DNA of 64,000 nucleotides from Candidatus Fiminaster equi (GTDB lineage Bacteria; Bacillota_I; Bacilli_A; RFN20; CAG-826): NCBI GenBank assembly GCA_018064745.1, contig JAGHUR010000011.1, positions 6,137 to 70,136 of the forward strand, read 5' to 3'. Shown piece by piece: positions 1 to 9,873 of this stretch (position 1 is its first letter; each line of letters starts with the position of its first letter). The notes under the pieces were generated by a model. It saw only the letters and a program-made list of their open reading frames with translations, ran no database searches and was not told where the DNA came from. The position numbers and the translations under genes were made by a program.

Positions 1-304
1 CAAAGTTTTCAAATGTAACAATTGCATCTGCAAGTTCCATTAAGTATTCTGGAGCACCAGAAATTTCCAACTCTTTTGAATTGATTAGTTCATTTGTAAT
101 TGTTTGTGGATCAATAACATCACCACGATTATATAAACGATAAATTGCACCGAAAATTGCACGGTGATCTGCATTCTCTTCAAAGAAATCATCTTCATCA
201 AGTTTAGCAACAGCTTCTGAAACTTTGCTTGAGGAGCGAATCATTGCACCTAAAACAGCTTTTTCAGCTTCAGTGTTATGTGGTAATTGTTTTTCTTTTG
301 CCAT
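1..304 (-). CDS. dnaB: replicative DNA helicase DnaB, N-terminal ~100 aa (partial, runs off the window start)
   Basis: Reverse-strand translation from the ATG at 302-304 (GGAGGAGAG SD upstream) gives MAKEKQLPHNTEAEKAVLGAMIRSS..., the characteristic DnaB N-terminal domain. Synteny gdpP-rplI-dnaB matches Bacillus. Confidence 0.7.
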   Translation of the reverse strand, partial: MAKEKQLPHNTEAEKAVLGAMIRSSSKVSEAVAKLDEDDFFEENADHRAIFGAIYRLYNRGDVIDPQTITNELINSKELEISGAPEYLMELADAIVTFENF

Positions 305-315
305 CTTCTCTCCTC

Positions 316-765
316 CTATTTTTTCTCGTTAACATGAACTGTAACAGTTCCGATAATTCCCTTGTATAATTCAATTTTTAATTTGCTGTAACCGAAATGA
401 TCAACAGCCATTTTTTCAACGAATTTCCTTTTATCAATTTCAATGCCGTGTTTGGCTTTGAGTTCTTCTTCAATTTGTTTGGTTGAGATGGTTCCAAACA
501 TTCTTCCATCACCGCTTCCTTTAGCTTCAAATTCGACAGTGATTTTTTCTAATTTAGCCGCGATTTCACGGGCATTTTGCTTCATTTTCTCAATATTTTC
601 GGCTTCAGCTTTCTTTTGTTCACCAAGAATTTCTAGAGCCTTATCGGATTGCATAATCGCAAGTCCGTGAGGAATTAAATAGTTGGATGCGTAACCATCT
701 TTTACGTTAACAATTTCTGACTTTTTGCCAACGCCTTTTACATCTTTAAGCATAATAACTTTCAT
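316..765 (-). CDS. rplI: 50S ribosomal protein L9
   Basis: 149 aa; [36 protein letters not shown] is the L9 N-terminal signature. Sits between gdpP and dnaB as in Bacillus. Confidence 0.9.
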   Translation of the reverse strand: MKVIMLKDVKGVGKKSEIVNVKDGYASNYLIPHGLAIMQSDKALEILGEQKKAEAENIEKMKQNAREIAAKLEKITVEFEAKGSGDGRMFGTISTKQIEEELKAKHGIEIDKRKFVEKMAVDHFGYSKLKIELYKGIIGTVTVHVNEKK

Positions 766-776
766 GGCTTTTCCTC

Positions 777-2783
777 CTAAATAATTCTGGCATCATTGAG
801 GTAGTCGGTTAAGACATTGAGAAGTCTAGTTTCAACTTGCACAAGTGTCATCTTCTTGAATGTACAAGCTGCTTGAGTGAAGTGACCACCACCATTGAGC
901 TTTTCTGCAAGTAATTGAACATTGATTGTTCCATCACTACGGCAAGAAATACGTGTTTCATCAACACCAGTTCTACCAATAACGAAACAAGCATTAACGC
1001 CTTTCATTTGCATACATTGGTTCGCAACCTTAGCAAGCGTAGCTTGTTCAATAATGTCATCTTCATCAGCCATACAATAAACAACACCATAGTGTGGAGT
1101 TCGTGTGGTTGAAATAATTCTTGTGATAAGAGCGAATTCTTCGAATTCATCTTTTAAGAAATCATCAGCTTTTGCGTTATCAGCACCATATTCTTTAAGA
1201 GCCATTGATGCTTCAAATGTACGAGTACCAACTGTAGTTGCCTTATAGAAGTTGGAGTCCATAAAGATACCAGAAAGCATAATTGTTGCATATTCTGATG
1301 GAATCATAATTCTTGGGTTTGCAGATGAATAGCTAACAAGTTCTGCAACCATTTCAGATGCAGAAGAAGCGGATGAGTCAATATGAGAGAAGACCGGGGT
1401 TTCAATAAAGTCTTCACCACGTCTATGGTGATCGATAATCATAATCTTATTAGCTTTTTCAATTACCTTTGGTGCAACTGTCATATTTGCTTTATGAACG
1501 TCACAAACAACAACTAAGGTGTTGGTTTTTAGTTTATCTAAAGCTTGAGCTTGAGTAACAAAAATCTTTTCCATCTCTTCTTTAGAGAAGCTTGAAATAA
1601 TTGCACCTTTAGTTTTTCTTTCGGTGCTCTTTGGTTCATAAATAACTTGTGCTGGTTTGTGACAATAGTCACACATTGCTTTAACACCCAAACATGCGCC
1701 TAACGAGTCCATATCGGTCATTGCGTGACCCATAATGATAATGTTCGATGAATTACGAATAAGTGATAGGACTGAGTCAGCCATAACACGAACTTTAACT
1801 TTGTTACGGTTTTCTTGAGCTTCTGATTTACCGCCAAAGAAGACTAAGTCTTGTCCGTATTGAGAAACAACAACTTGGTCACCACCACGAGACATAGCAA
1901 TTTCGATAGCGGCACTTGCCATATCATTAAGTTTGACTACGTCAGGGAAATCATAAGCAATACCAATTGATAAGGTTGGTGGAATTTCTTCGTTTTCTGA
2001 AATAGTGTGAATCTTATCAAGAAGTGAAAACTTATCAGCAATCATCTTCTCTAAAGATTCGTGGTTACAAAGTAAGAAGTATGCATCACTTCTAACTCTT
2101 CTAAGAAGAACTTGGTTATCTCTTCCATAGTCAAGAATGATGTTTCTTACTTTTGAGACAATATCAGAGTTTTCGTCCGCAGATCCTGAAATATCCGCAT
2201 AGTTATCTATAATAATTTGCCCACAAACTGTAGCTTGACGTTTTGAGAATGCTGAAACTGTTTCGTAGTCTGTTACATCTCTAAAGATGTATAAGCCAGC
2301 ATCTTTAAGTAATTTAACTTCGTAGTTACGGGAGTTAATATTAAGTTTCACTAAAGTGTTAATGCCACCATCAATAAGTTCTTGTAAAGATGGTTGCCAC
2401 TCTAAAATATTTTCGTCTAAAATTTCGATTTTTCTTTCATTAAACAAATCGTTAACCCAAATAACAGTGTTAGTTTCATTTACAACCGCAAGACCAATCA
2501 TACCAAAGTTGTATGCTTCTTGAATGTCGCTTCCGATTAAATCTGCAGCCCTTAAGTCACTTTGTTGTCTAATCTTTGAGAATCTGAAAATAAGAGCCCA
2601 ACAGAAGACAATATCAAAGATAACAACGGCACCTAATATTGAAAATATTATTTCGGAAGAAAATATCTCTTTAAAATTGAAGAAATTAAGTCCATAAGAG
2701 ATGCCTAAAAAGGCAATACCTGCCATCTCTATAAAGACTACAATAAATGCGAATATTTTCGTTTTGAATAACTTTGTTTTCAT
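777..2783 (-). CDS. gdpP: cyclic-di-AMP phosphodiesterase GdpP (2 TM + PAS/degenerate GGDEF + DHH/DHHA1)
   Basis: 668 aa. Two N-terminal hydrophobic helices. DHH motifs ([25 protein letters not shown]) and a DHHA1-like C-terminus (GGGH). Conserved position upstream of rplI. Confidence 0.8.
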   Translation of the reverse strand: MKTKLFKTKIFAFIVVFIEMAGIAFLGISYGLNFFNFKEIFSSEIIFSILGAVVIFDIVFCWALIFRFSKIRQQSDLRAADLIGSDIQEAYNFGMIGLAVVNETNTVIWVNDLFNERKIEILDENILEWQPSLQELIDGGINTLVKLNINSRNYEVKLLKDAGLYIFRDVTDYETVSAFSKRQATVCGQIIIDNYADISGSADENSDIVSKVRNIILDYGRDNQVLLRRVRSDAYFLLCNHESLEKMIADKFSLLDKIHTISENEEIPPTLSIGIAYDFPDVVKLNDMASAAIEIAMSRGGDQVVVSQYGQDLVFFGGKSEAQENRNKVKVRVMADSVLSLIRNSSNIIIMGHAMTDMDSLGACLGVKAMCDYCHKPAQVIYEPKSTERKTKGAIISSFSKEEMEKIFVTQAQALDKLKTNTLVVVCDVHKANMTVAPKVIEKANKIMIIDHHRRGEDFIETPVFSHIDSSASSASEMVAELVSYSSANPRIMIPSEYATIMLSGIFMDSNFYKATTVGTRTFEASMALKEYGADNAKADDFLKDEFEEFALITRIISTTRTPHYGVVYCMADEDDIIEQATLAKVANQCMQMKGVNACFVIGRTGVDETRISCRSDGTINVQLLAEKLNGGGHFTQAACTFKKMTLVQVETRLLNVLTDYLNDARII

Positions 2784-2933
2784 AATGTGCCTTATATTAT
2801 ATCAAACTTAGTGGTCAAAAAGTTATAAAAAATAAACTTTTTAATTAATAAGTATGAGTCTATATGTATTTTTAACTTTATTCTTTAGGATTTTATGGAT
2901 AAAATGTAGACACCTTGAAAGGAAAAACAAAAT

Positions 2934-3752
2934 ATGAAAGTTAGAAGTTTATTATTTGTTGGTTTAGCAGGCGTAGCTTTATCAAGCTGTGGTGGCTTAA
3001 AAAGTTATAAAACTGAAGTAAAAATGAAAACATTTATTGAGGAATTAGAAAGATTAGAAGGAAAATCTCCTCTTATTTCTGAAAATCCATATTCATTTGT
3101 TTTTGAAAGTTCTCAAGAAGAAGGATATAAAATCATCAACATGCAAAACAATAAGGAACTCAGCAAAGCTGAAGAAAAAGAAAAGTCAGAATATAAAGTT
3201 AAATTTGACTCAGTAAATTGCGTTATGGCTTATGAAGCAGAGTCAACTTCTTCTTACAAAGATCCTTCAAAAGAAGAAAAAGATGAATATTCATATGACC
3301 GCGTCTACCAAAAAGATAATAAAAATTGGTATCACATCGACAAGAACGCTGACACTTATGTAAAAGAAGAAAGTTCTGATTCAGAAAAATATGTTGGAAG
3401 TGTTGCAATGTCACAAGCTTATAGCTTAATCAACGCTTTTGAAAGCCACGTTATGCAAATTGGAGATGAAGGAAAATACTACATTGATGATAATGTTTAC
3501 ACTGTTGTTTTAGATTCAACTGACGAAAACACATCAAGAACAAAACACATCAAAACCATTTGCCAACTTACAGTAAATGACGACAGCTATGAATACTATT
3601 GTTCAGACACTACTGAAATTACTGAATTACATCGCAAAGACATCGATACAGATGTAATCAAAGGCAAACTTACAAAGAAATCAGTTATATTAGATCCAAT
3701 TGATCTTCATAGCTACTTAGAAGTTAAAGATCTTGACTTCCCAGCATTCTAA
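2934..3752 (+). CDS. hypothetical lipoprotein (acidic, Lys/Glu/Asp-rich)
   Basis: 272 aa. Signal peptide with lipobox (LAGVALSS-C). AAAGGAAAAACAAAAT SD. No recognisable catalytic motifs. Confidence 0.55.
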   Translation: MKVRSLLFVGLAGVALSSCGGLKSYKTEVKMKTFIEELERLEGKSPLISENPYSFVFESSQEEGYKIINMQNNKELSKAEEKEKSEYKVKFDSVNCVMAYEAESTSSYKDPSKEEKDEYSYDRVYQKDNKNWYHIDKNADTYVKEESSDSEKYVGSVAMSQAYSLINAFESHVMQIGDEGKYYIDDNVYTVVLDSTDENTSRTKHIKTICQLTVNDDSYEYYCSDTTEITELHRKDIDTDVIKGKLTKKSVILDPIDLHSYLEVKDLDFPAF

Positions 3753-3760
3753 AAATAAAG

Positions 3761-3781
3761 CCTCTCAAACGAGAGGTTTTT
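3761..3781 (+). terminator. rho-independent terminator of the lipoprotein gene
   Basis: CCTCTC-aaac-GAGAGG hairpin followed by TTTTT. Confidence 0.6.
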
Positions 3782-3789
3782 ATGTATAA

Positions 3790-3816
3790 AAAAAGCACTC
3801 ATAATGAGTGCTTTTA
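3790..3816 (-). terminator. bidirectional rho-independent terminator (end of the rpsF-ssb-rpsR operon)
   Basis: GCACTCA-taat-TGAGTGC palindrome flanked by an A-run on one side and a T-run on the other. Confidence 0.6.
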
Positions 3817-3828
3817 ATTTGATTTAAA

Positions 3829-4056
3829 TTAGTCTTGAACGTATGGTAATAAAGCCATGAAACGTGCATTCTTAATTGCTCTTGCAACTTCTCTTTGGTG
3901 CTTTGCACAAGTACCAGTGGAATGGCGTGATGCGATTTTACCATTTGGAGTAATGTACTTACTTAATGTTTCGACATCTTTATAATCAATGTATGCAACT
4001 TTGTTTTTGCAGAAGTTGCAGACCTTTTTGTGTGGTCTAACTTTTTTGAATCCCAT
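3829..4056 (-). CDS. rpsR: 30S ribosomal protein S18
   Basis: 75 aa; ...[38 protein letters not shown] is the S18 signature. Confidence 0.9.
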   Translation of the reverse strand: MGFKKVRPHKKVCNFCKNKVAYIDYKDVETLSKYITPNGKIASRHSTGTCAKHQREVARAIKNARFMALLPYVQD

Positions 4057-4076
4057 TTTGATTTTTCCTTTCTAAA

Positions 4077-4511
4077 TTAGAACGGAAGATCATCGTCAGT
4101 GACATCGATTGAGTCTAAATTCTTTGATTCCTCAACTGGTACAGCTGGTTCATCATCAAAGATGATTTCTTCATTTGGAATTTCTCTTGAACCTTTTGGT
4201 TCTAAGAACTCAACGTGATTGGCGATAACTTCAATGACTGAAGCTTTTGTTCCGTCTTTTCTTAAATAGGTGCGTTGACGAATACGTCCATCAACACCTA
4301 CAAGTGCTCCTTTTCTTAAGAATTTTGCAACATTGTCAGCTTGTTTATCCCAAACGGTAACACCAATAAATGTTGTTGTTTTTTCGCCGTTGGCATCTTT
4401 CATTGTATCATCAACTGCAATAGTAAATGATGCAACTGCTGTGTCTCCTGTTGTTCTTCTTAATTCAGGATCTCTGGTAAGTCTACCAGTTAAAACGATT
4501 CGATTTAACAT
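4077..4511 (-). CDS. ssb: single-stranded DNA-binding protein
   Basis: 144 aa. OB-fold N-terminus MLNRIVLTGRLTRDPELRRT. Acidic C-terminal tail ending DDDLPF. Confidence 0.9.
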   Translation of the reverse strand: MLNRIVLTGRLTRDPELRRTTGDTAVASFTIAVDDTMKDANGEKTTTFIGVTVWDKQADNVAKFLRKGALVGVDGRIRQRTYLRKDGTKASVIEVIANHVEFLEPKGSREIPNEEIIFDDEPAVPVEESKNLDSIDVTDDDLPF

Positions 4512-4530
4512 AAATGTTAATCCCCCTTAA

Positions 4531-4818
4531 TTAGTCATTATCGACAGTAAATAAGTGACGTACAACATTTTGATCAATTTTTGCTAAACGAGAGAATTCG
4601 TTTAAAGCAGCTTCGTCAGCAGTGAGTTTAAGAACTACATAATAGCCTTTTGTTTGCTTATTGATTGGATAAGCAAAATCTCTTAAACCCCATTCTTTAA
4701 CATCGCCGAGCTTTGCTCCGTTAGATGTAAGAATTCCGTGAAGTTTTTCGATTTCAGCCTTCCTTGCAGCTTCATCGAGTCCGTCTTTCACGATGTACAT
4801 GAGTTCGTACTTTTTCAT
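4531..4818 (-). CDS. rpsF: 30S ribosomal protein S6
   Basis: 95 aa; MKKYELMYIV...GYYVVLKL typical of S6. Operon rpsF-ssb-rpsR. Confidence 0.9.
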   Translation of the reverse strand: MKKYELMYIVKDGLDEAARKAEIEKLHGILTSNGAKLGDVKEWGLRDFAYPINKQTKGYYVVLKLTADEAALNEFSRLAKIDQNVVRHLFTVDND

Positions 4819-4890
4819 ATTCTTTTACCTCCCTTTGGTCTTCTGGCTGACATCTTCTGTCAGCAGAGAGAAACGCTTTCGCGTAGGTAT

Positions 4891-4922
4891 ATTATACACA
4901 AGACGTTTGCGTGTGTATACAA
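4891..4922 (-). promoter_or_regulatory. sigma-A type promoter of rpsF operon (extended -10 TGTGTATAAT; -35 TTGTAT), followed by a structured leader
   Basis: Reverse complement of 4891-4900 is TGTGTATAAT. TTGTAT lies 16 nt upstream. The leader contains the GCTGACA-tcttc-TGTCAGC hairpin (4836-4862), a candidate S6:S18 autoregulatory leader. Confidence 0.45.
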
Positions 4923-5114
4923 AAATATGTTGGTTAGTAAATTATTGGAATTTTTTACATATATTAAAAATACCTGGGTAATACGTTAAATATGTTGTTT
5001 ATATATTATTAATATATGTAACGTATATCCCCCCTATTGTAAGCTATTAAACAGTATGATAAATTATGTTCGCCAATTTAAGAGATTGGATAGTTTAGAA
5101 GGAGGAACAAGCCC

Positions 5115-5237
5115 ATGACTAAATGTGTGGGAATTCACAGGCATTTAGTCGGAAAGGGGGTTTCCACTAATGGAGGCACTCCTGGTGCTATTTCTTGTTT
5201 TAGTAATGGTCAAGTTGCTTTTCAAGGAATAGCCTGA
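5115..5237 (+). CDS. candidate small protein (40 aa, Cys/Gly-containing) or sRNA with its own SD and terminator
   Basis: Perfect SD GAAGGAGG 9 nt before the ATG. ORF reads MTKCVGIHRHLVGKGVSTNGGTPGAISCFSNGQVAFQGIA*. Candidate promoter TTGTAA-17-TAAATT at about 5040-5070. Strong terminator at 5268-5296. Not in the ORF track, which uses a minimum length cut. Confidence 0.25.
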   Translation: MTKCVGIHRHLVGKGVSTNGGTPGAISCFSNGQVAFQGIA

Positions 5238-5267
5238 CTTGCTTGTGAATCCCAATAAACGAAGAAA

Positions 5268-5296
5268 AGAGACCGGCGGCAACCGGTCTCTTTTTA
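5268..5296. terminator. bidirectional rho-independent terminator (lysS on minus; small ORF/sRNA on plus)
   Basis: AGAGACCGG-cggcaa-CCGGTCTCT stem with T-runs on both strands. Flanked by direct repeats TGACTTGCTTGT (5237-5248 and 5306-5317). Confidence 0.65.
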
Positions 5297-5361
5297 GAAT
5301 TGCTTGACTTGCTTGTAATTCCTACTTATATGATACACTACTGAAATAAAATTTCAATATG

Positions 5362-6852
5362 TTATTTGCCTGAATCCTTCATGCATGGGAAGAGAAGAAC
5401 TTCTCTGATGGATGTTTGATTAGTCATAAGCATGACGAATCTATCGATTCCGATACCGATACCGCCTGTTGGAGGCATACCGTATTCAAGAGCTTCAAGG
5501 AAGTCTTCATCCATTTCAGACGCTTCTTCATCACCTGCAGCTTTAGCTTCAAGTTGTTTTACCAAACGTTCTTTTTGGTCTAGTGGATCATTAAGTTCGC
5601 TATAAGCGTTTCCATATTCCATTCCACCAATAAAGAGTTCAAATCTATCTGTGAACATTGGGTTGTCTTTGCACTTTTTGGTGAGCGGTGAAACTTCAAT
5701 TGGGTATTCATGGACGAATGTTGGTGTTTGAAGTAAATCATCACATTTTTCTTCAAAGAATGCATTGAGAATGTAGCCAACACTGTTCCAGTGTTTTTCA
5801 AGTTTGATGCCGTTATCTTTTGCAAGTTTAACAGCTTCTTCCATAGTAGTAACTTTGTTAAAGTCGATTCCTGTAGCTTCCAAAACACATTCTTTCATTG
5901 TCTTCCAACCAAATGGTTTTCCAAGATCTAATGTACCTTCACCATAAGGAATTGTGGTTGTGCCGTGAATCTTCATAGCGACTTCTTTGAAGAGGTTTTC
6001 TGCAAAGTGTCTCATATCTTGAAGATCACCATAAGCTTGATAAAGTTCAATTGTTGTGAATTCTGGATTGTGTTTTGTGTCCATTCCTTCGTTACGGAAT
6101 AAACGACCAATTTCATAAACTTTTTCCATACCACCAACGATACATTTCTTTAAAGAAATTTCGGTAGCAATACGAAGATAAAAATCCTTATCTAATGTAT
6201 TGTGATGAGTAACGAATGGTCTTGCTGCAGCACCGCCTAAAATTGGAGAAAGAATACTTGTCTCAACTTCGGTAAATCCAAGGCTATCACAGTAGTCTTG
6301 AATTGCACGAATAATTTTTGGTCTTGCTAAGGCAATTTTCATTGAATCATCATTCATAATTAGGTCAACATAACGGTGACGATATCTTTCTTCAACGTCA
6401 GTTAAACCATGGAATTTTTCAGGTAATGGACGAAGTGATTTTGTGAGGTGTGTGAATTTAGAAACTTTGATGGTCATTTCTCCTGTTTGAGAGAACATAA
6501 TGTGACCTTCAACACCACAAATATCGCCAATATCTGAAAGTTTAAATACTGAGTAATTTTCTTCACCTAAATAATCGATGCCTAACCAGCATTGAATGTT
6601 GCCAGTAACATCTTTGATGTTCATAAAGGCTGCTTTACCCATTTTACGTAAAGCCATAATACGTCCAGCAACTTTAACTTCTACTGGATTTGCTTGTAAT
6701 TCTTCGTTTGTTTTTCCGGCGCATTTTTCGCGAACTTCTTTGATTGAACTTGAGCGTTCAAATTTTTGTCCAAATGGTTCTACACCGAACTCTTCGTAAC
6801 GTGGAAGTTTGTCTCTTCTTGCACGTTCTTGATCTGTTAATTTACGTTCCAT
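5362..6852 (-). CDS. lysS: lysine--tRNA ligase (class II)
   Basis: Class II aaRS motifs and LysRS N-terminal OB domain. The ORF-track start at 6897 is a TTG with no SD. The ATG at 6850-6852 (MERKLTDQE...) has a GAGG SD and is preferred. Confidence 0.85.
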   Translation of the reverse strand: MERKLTDQERARRDKLPRYEEFGVEPFGQKFERSSSIKEVREKCAGKTNEELQANPVEVKVAGRIMALRKMGKAAFMNIKDVTGNIQCWLGIDYLGEENYSVFKLSDIGDICGVEGHIMFSQTGEMTIKVSKFTHLTKSLRPLPEKFHGLTDVEERYRHRYVDLIMNDDSMKIALARPKIIRAIQDYCDSLGFTEVETSILSPILGGAAARPFVTHHNTLDKDFYLRIATEISLKKCIVGGMEKVYEIGRLFRNEGMDTKHNPEFTTIELYQAYGDLQDMRHFAENLFKEVAMKIHGTTTIPYGEGTLDLGKPFGWKTMKECVLEATGIDFNKVTTMEEAVKLAKDNGIKLEKHWNSVGYILNAFFEEKCDDLLQTPTFVHEYPIEVSPLTKKCKDNPMFTDRFELFIGGMEYGNAYSELNDPLDQKERLVKQLEAKAAGDEEASEMDEDFLEALEYGMPPTGGIGIGIDRFVMLMTNQTSIREVLLFPCMKDSGK

Positions 6853-7055
6853 TGTTAAAAACCTCGCTAATGAGTATAACAAAAACTTATATTGCAAGCA
6901 ATTAAGTTATTGCTAATCGCACTTTTTTGGTTTTTCAAAAACAAGAAAGTTGCTGAAAATTATATCGAGTTTTGGTTATCAATAAATCCTGATTTTATTA
7001 TATAATTTTCACTTTTATGTTGTGCTAACGCGTCACGTGATTTAAAATTTAGCGT

Positions 7056-8444
7056 ATGAAACCTGTAAAAATAGCGTTCATTTCGATTGTTGGAGCACTT
7101 TGCATAACACCGCTTGTGACTTTCACAATTTTTGGTTCGAAAGAAAAAGAGATGAATAGTGAATCAGTAGTGGTTAGAGAAAAATTAACTGCTGAAACCT
7201 GGTTTAATTCGAAGTTTCAAGCATCTTTTGAAGAATGGTGGTCAACTCACTTTCCAGGTAGAACTGGTCTAGTTAGTGCATACAATTCATTGCATTATCA
7301 AATCGAAAGCTCATCGGTTTTAGCAGCAATTGTTGATTTCTTAAGTGGCAACCTTTTTAGCAACAACGTCGACAGAACAAAAGAGTACCCGGAATACTAT
7401 TTTGCTGAAGACAACATTTTTGCCGAAATGAACAAAGTTGTTGCACAGCAAAATTTATCAATTCAGCCGAGTTTTCACGGGAATAATGGCATAATTGTGG
7501 GTAAAAGTGGGTACCTTTACTCTAAAGAATATGTTGACGAATATTACGGTTATTCTCCATCAAATGCAGTAGATGTAGCAGGAATTAATAAGACAATTGA
7601 TGAGATAAAATACATCCAAACAGAACTCAAAAAGATGGGAACCGAAGTTATTTTTGTTATTAGTCCGAACAAGGCTGCAGAAATGGCGGAGTTTGTTCCA
7701 GAATATTACAAAAATGCAAATACCCCATTAGAAAATTACAAACGTCACGTTGAATATTTAAAGGAAGGATTCGTAACTAATGGCGTCAATTTTATTGATA
7801 GCTCACAAGTCTTTAAAGATGTCGGGCTTTTAAACATCTTCCCAAAAACCGGAATTCACTGGAATTATGTTGCAGCATCCGAAGTTGTCTCATTTCTTCT
7901 AAAGAAGTATGAAGTTATTTCAAACACAGAATCTAGACAATTGACAGTGAAATGGGTTAATCAATCTAAGAACCCATACAACATCGGCAATGCCGAACAA
8001 GACATTTATGACATTCTTTATGGATCAATTCCTGAACACAAAAAAGACAGTATTGTGGATGATTATTATTACACGCCGGTATTAGAAACAACCAAAAAAG
8101 ACAAACCAAAACTTAAAGTTTTGATGCAAGGAGACTCTTTCTTAAATCCGTTCAGGGATTGTTTAGCTGATCATGAGATTGCAGATTTAACTTACATGTA
8201 TTACTACGGTGGTAGTTTATTTGAACAACACCCTGAACAAGATGTTTGGAAAAATGGTCCTGGAGCTTGGGAATCTTTGTTACAAAATAGGGATCTTCTA
8301 ATACTAGAAGCTAATGAACAACTTATTAGAAGCAAACACTATGAAGGTTCAAACTGGCTTGAATCTAGAGATCAGGATAAATATTGTCATAACTCAGTAT
8401 ATGACTCATTATATGCTTATTTGAAAGGCAAGGAAGGAAAGTAA
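7056..8444 (+). CDS. DltD/PatB/AlgX-like membrane-anchored SGNH-type protein, partner of the downstream MBOAT
   Basis: 462 aa. N-terminal TM anchor (IAFISIVGALCITPLVTFTIFG). GDSF motif (LMQGDSFLNPF). Stop/start coupled to the MBOAT gene (8444/8446). This gene class is typically paired with AlgI/DltB/PatA. Confidence 0.55.
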   Translation: MKPVKIAFISIVGALCITPLVTFTIFGSKEKEMNSESVVVREKLTAETWFNSKFQASFEEWWSTHFPGRTGLVSAYNSLHYQIESSSVLAAIVDFLSGNLFSNNVDRTKEYPEYYFAEDNIFAEMNKVVAQQNLSIQPSFHGNNGIIVGKSGYLYSKEYVDEYYGYSPSNAVDVAGINKTIDEIKYIQTELKKMGTEVIFVISPNKAAEMAEFVPEYYKNANTPLENYKRHVEYLKEGFVTNGVNFIDSSQVFKDVGLLNIFPKTGIHWNYVAASEVVSFLLKKYEVISNTESRQLTVKWVNQSKNPYNIGNAEQDIYDILYGSIPEHKKDSIVDDYYYTPVLETTKKDKPKLKVLMQGDSFLNPFRDCLADHEIADLTYMYYYGGSLFEQHPEQDVWKNGPGAWESLLQNRDLLILEANEQLIRSKHYEGSNWLESRDQDKYCHNSVYDSLYAYLKGKEGK

Positions 8445-8445
8445 A

Positions 8446-9873
8446 ATGGTATTTTCTTCTTTGGTTTTCTTACTAATATTCCTACCCGTCACTCTAGTGA
8501 TTTATTTTGTTATTCCAAAAAGGTTTATTACTGCAAAAAACATTGTATTGCTGATAGCTTCTTTGCTTTTCTATTCATGGGGCGAACCTAAAGCTATTTT
8601 ACTGATGGTTGCCTCAATTGCAGTTAACTACGTCTTTGGAATTTTGTTAAGTAAATTTGAATCGAAAACCAAAAGAAGAATTATTTTAATTTCATCATTG
8701 GTGTTTAACTTAGGAATGCTTTTCTTCTTCAAATACTTCAATTTTGTAACCGGAAATCGCTTCAAAAACATCGCACTTCCTATAGGAATTTCTTTCTACA
8801 CATTCCAAATTATGTCTTACGTAATTGATGTGTATAGAAAAGGTTGTTCGACACAAAAGAATATTGTTAAGTTGGCATTATATATTTCATTCTTCCCTCA
8901 ACTAATTGCAGGGCCAATTGTTAGATACACCGATATCGAAAAAGAATTAACAGAAAGAGAAACTAAACTTGATGATGTCTTCTATGGAGCACAAAGGTTT
9001 ATTCTTGGACTTTCAAAGAAGGTAATTATTTCAAACTGTGTTGCAGTCATTGCAGACCAAATTTTTGATAAATACCAAATGCAACTTTCTGTAAGCGGAG
9101 GTGCTGCTACCTTGCCTATGTTCGTGGCGTGGTTGGGTGTCATTGCTTACGCAATTCAGTTATTCTTTGACTTCTCTGGTTATTCGGATATGGCAATTGG
9201 CCTTGGTAAAATCTTTGGCTTTAAATTCCCTGAAAACTTCAACTATCCATACGCTGCAACATCCATCCAAGATTTCTGGAGAAGATGGCACATTACTCTT
9301 TCAACATGGTTTAAAGAATACCTTTACATCCCACTAGGTGGTAATAGAAAAGGAAAAGTTAGAACAATAATCAATCTACTAATTGTTTTCGCATTAACTG
9401 GCTTATGGCATGGCGCGTCGTGGACATTTATAGTGTGGGGCTTGTACCACGGATTTTTCATTGTTATCGAACGTATTGGATTCAAAAAAGTTCTTGATAA
9501 ATTACCAAAATTTGTTGGTAGAATTTACACAATTTTTGTAGTTTTAATTGGCTGGGTAATCTTTAGATCACCAGATATGACTTTTGCAGTTAAATACATT
9601 GGTTCATTATTTAATTTTGCAAGACCAGGTTGGACAAACGCCATGGGTATATTTAATACAGACGTCGGAAAATACTCATTAATAATTTTATTATTAGGAA
9701 TTATCTTTTCATTTCCACTTGTGCCAAAAATTAAAAAAGCAATTGAGAACAAGAAGTATGGACTTAATGTTTTAACAATTGCTAGTAGTATTCTAGGAAT
9801 TTTATTACTTGTTTATGCAGTTATGTGCTTAGCAAGTTCTAAATACAACCCATTTATTTATTTCAGATTTTAA
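8446..9873 (+). CDS. MBOAT-family membrane-bound O-acyltransferase (AlgI/DltB/PatA-like)
   Basis: 475 aa polytopic. MBOAT signature with the invariant His (GLWHGASW). Overall similarity to DltB/AlgI. Confidence 0.85.
   Translation: MVFSSLVFLLIFLPVTLVIYFVIPKRFITAKNIVLLIASLLFYSWGEPKAILLMVASIAVNYVFGILLSKFESKTKRRIILISSLVFNLGMLFFFKYFNFVTGNRFKNIALPIGISFYTFQIMSYVIDVYRKGCSTQKNIVKLALYISFFPQLIAGPIVRYTDIEKELTERETKLDDVFYGAQRFILGLSKKVIISNCVAVIADQIFDKYQMQLSVSGGAATLPMFVAWLGVIAYAIQLFFDFSGYSDMAIGLGKIFGFKFPENFNYPYAATSIQDFWRRWHITLSTWFKEYLYIPLGGNRKGKVRTIINLLIVFALTGLWHGASWTFIVWGLYHGFFIVIERIGFKKVLDKLPKFVGRIYTIFVVLIGWVIFRSPDMTFAVKYIGSLFNFARPGWTNAMGIFNTDVGKYSLIILLLGIIFSFPLVPKIKKAIENKKYGLNVLTIASSILGILLLVYAVMCLASSKYNPFIYFRF

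Noticed and set aside
5237-5317. Direct repeats TGACTTGCTTGT flanking a hairpin, as a possible CRISPR or IS remnant
   Set aside because: There are only two copies, no cas genes, and no array periodicity. Noted instead as part of the small-gene finding.
6853-6897. N-terminal extension of lysS (TTG start at 6897)
   Set aside because: The internal ATG at 6850-6852 has a GAGG SD and gives a canonical LysRS N-terminus. The TTG has no SD.
6898-7055. Possible T-box or riboswitch leaders upstream of the aaRS genes: lysS (6898-7055), serS (41284-41374), metG (57386-57413)
   Set aside because: The leaders are too short, at about 150, 90 and 28 nt. No T-box consensus (AGGGUGGNACCGCG) or specifier-loop structure is visible.
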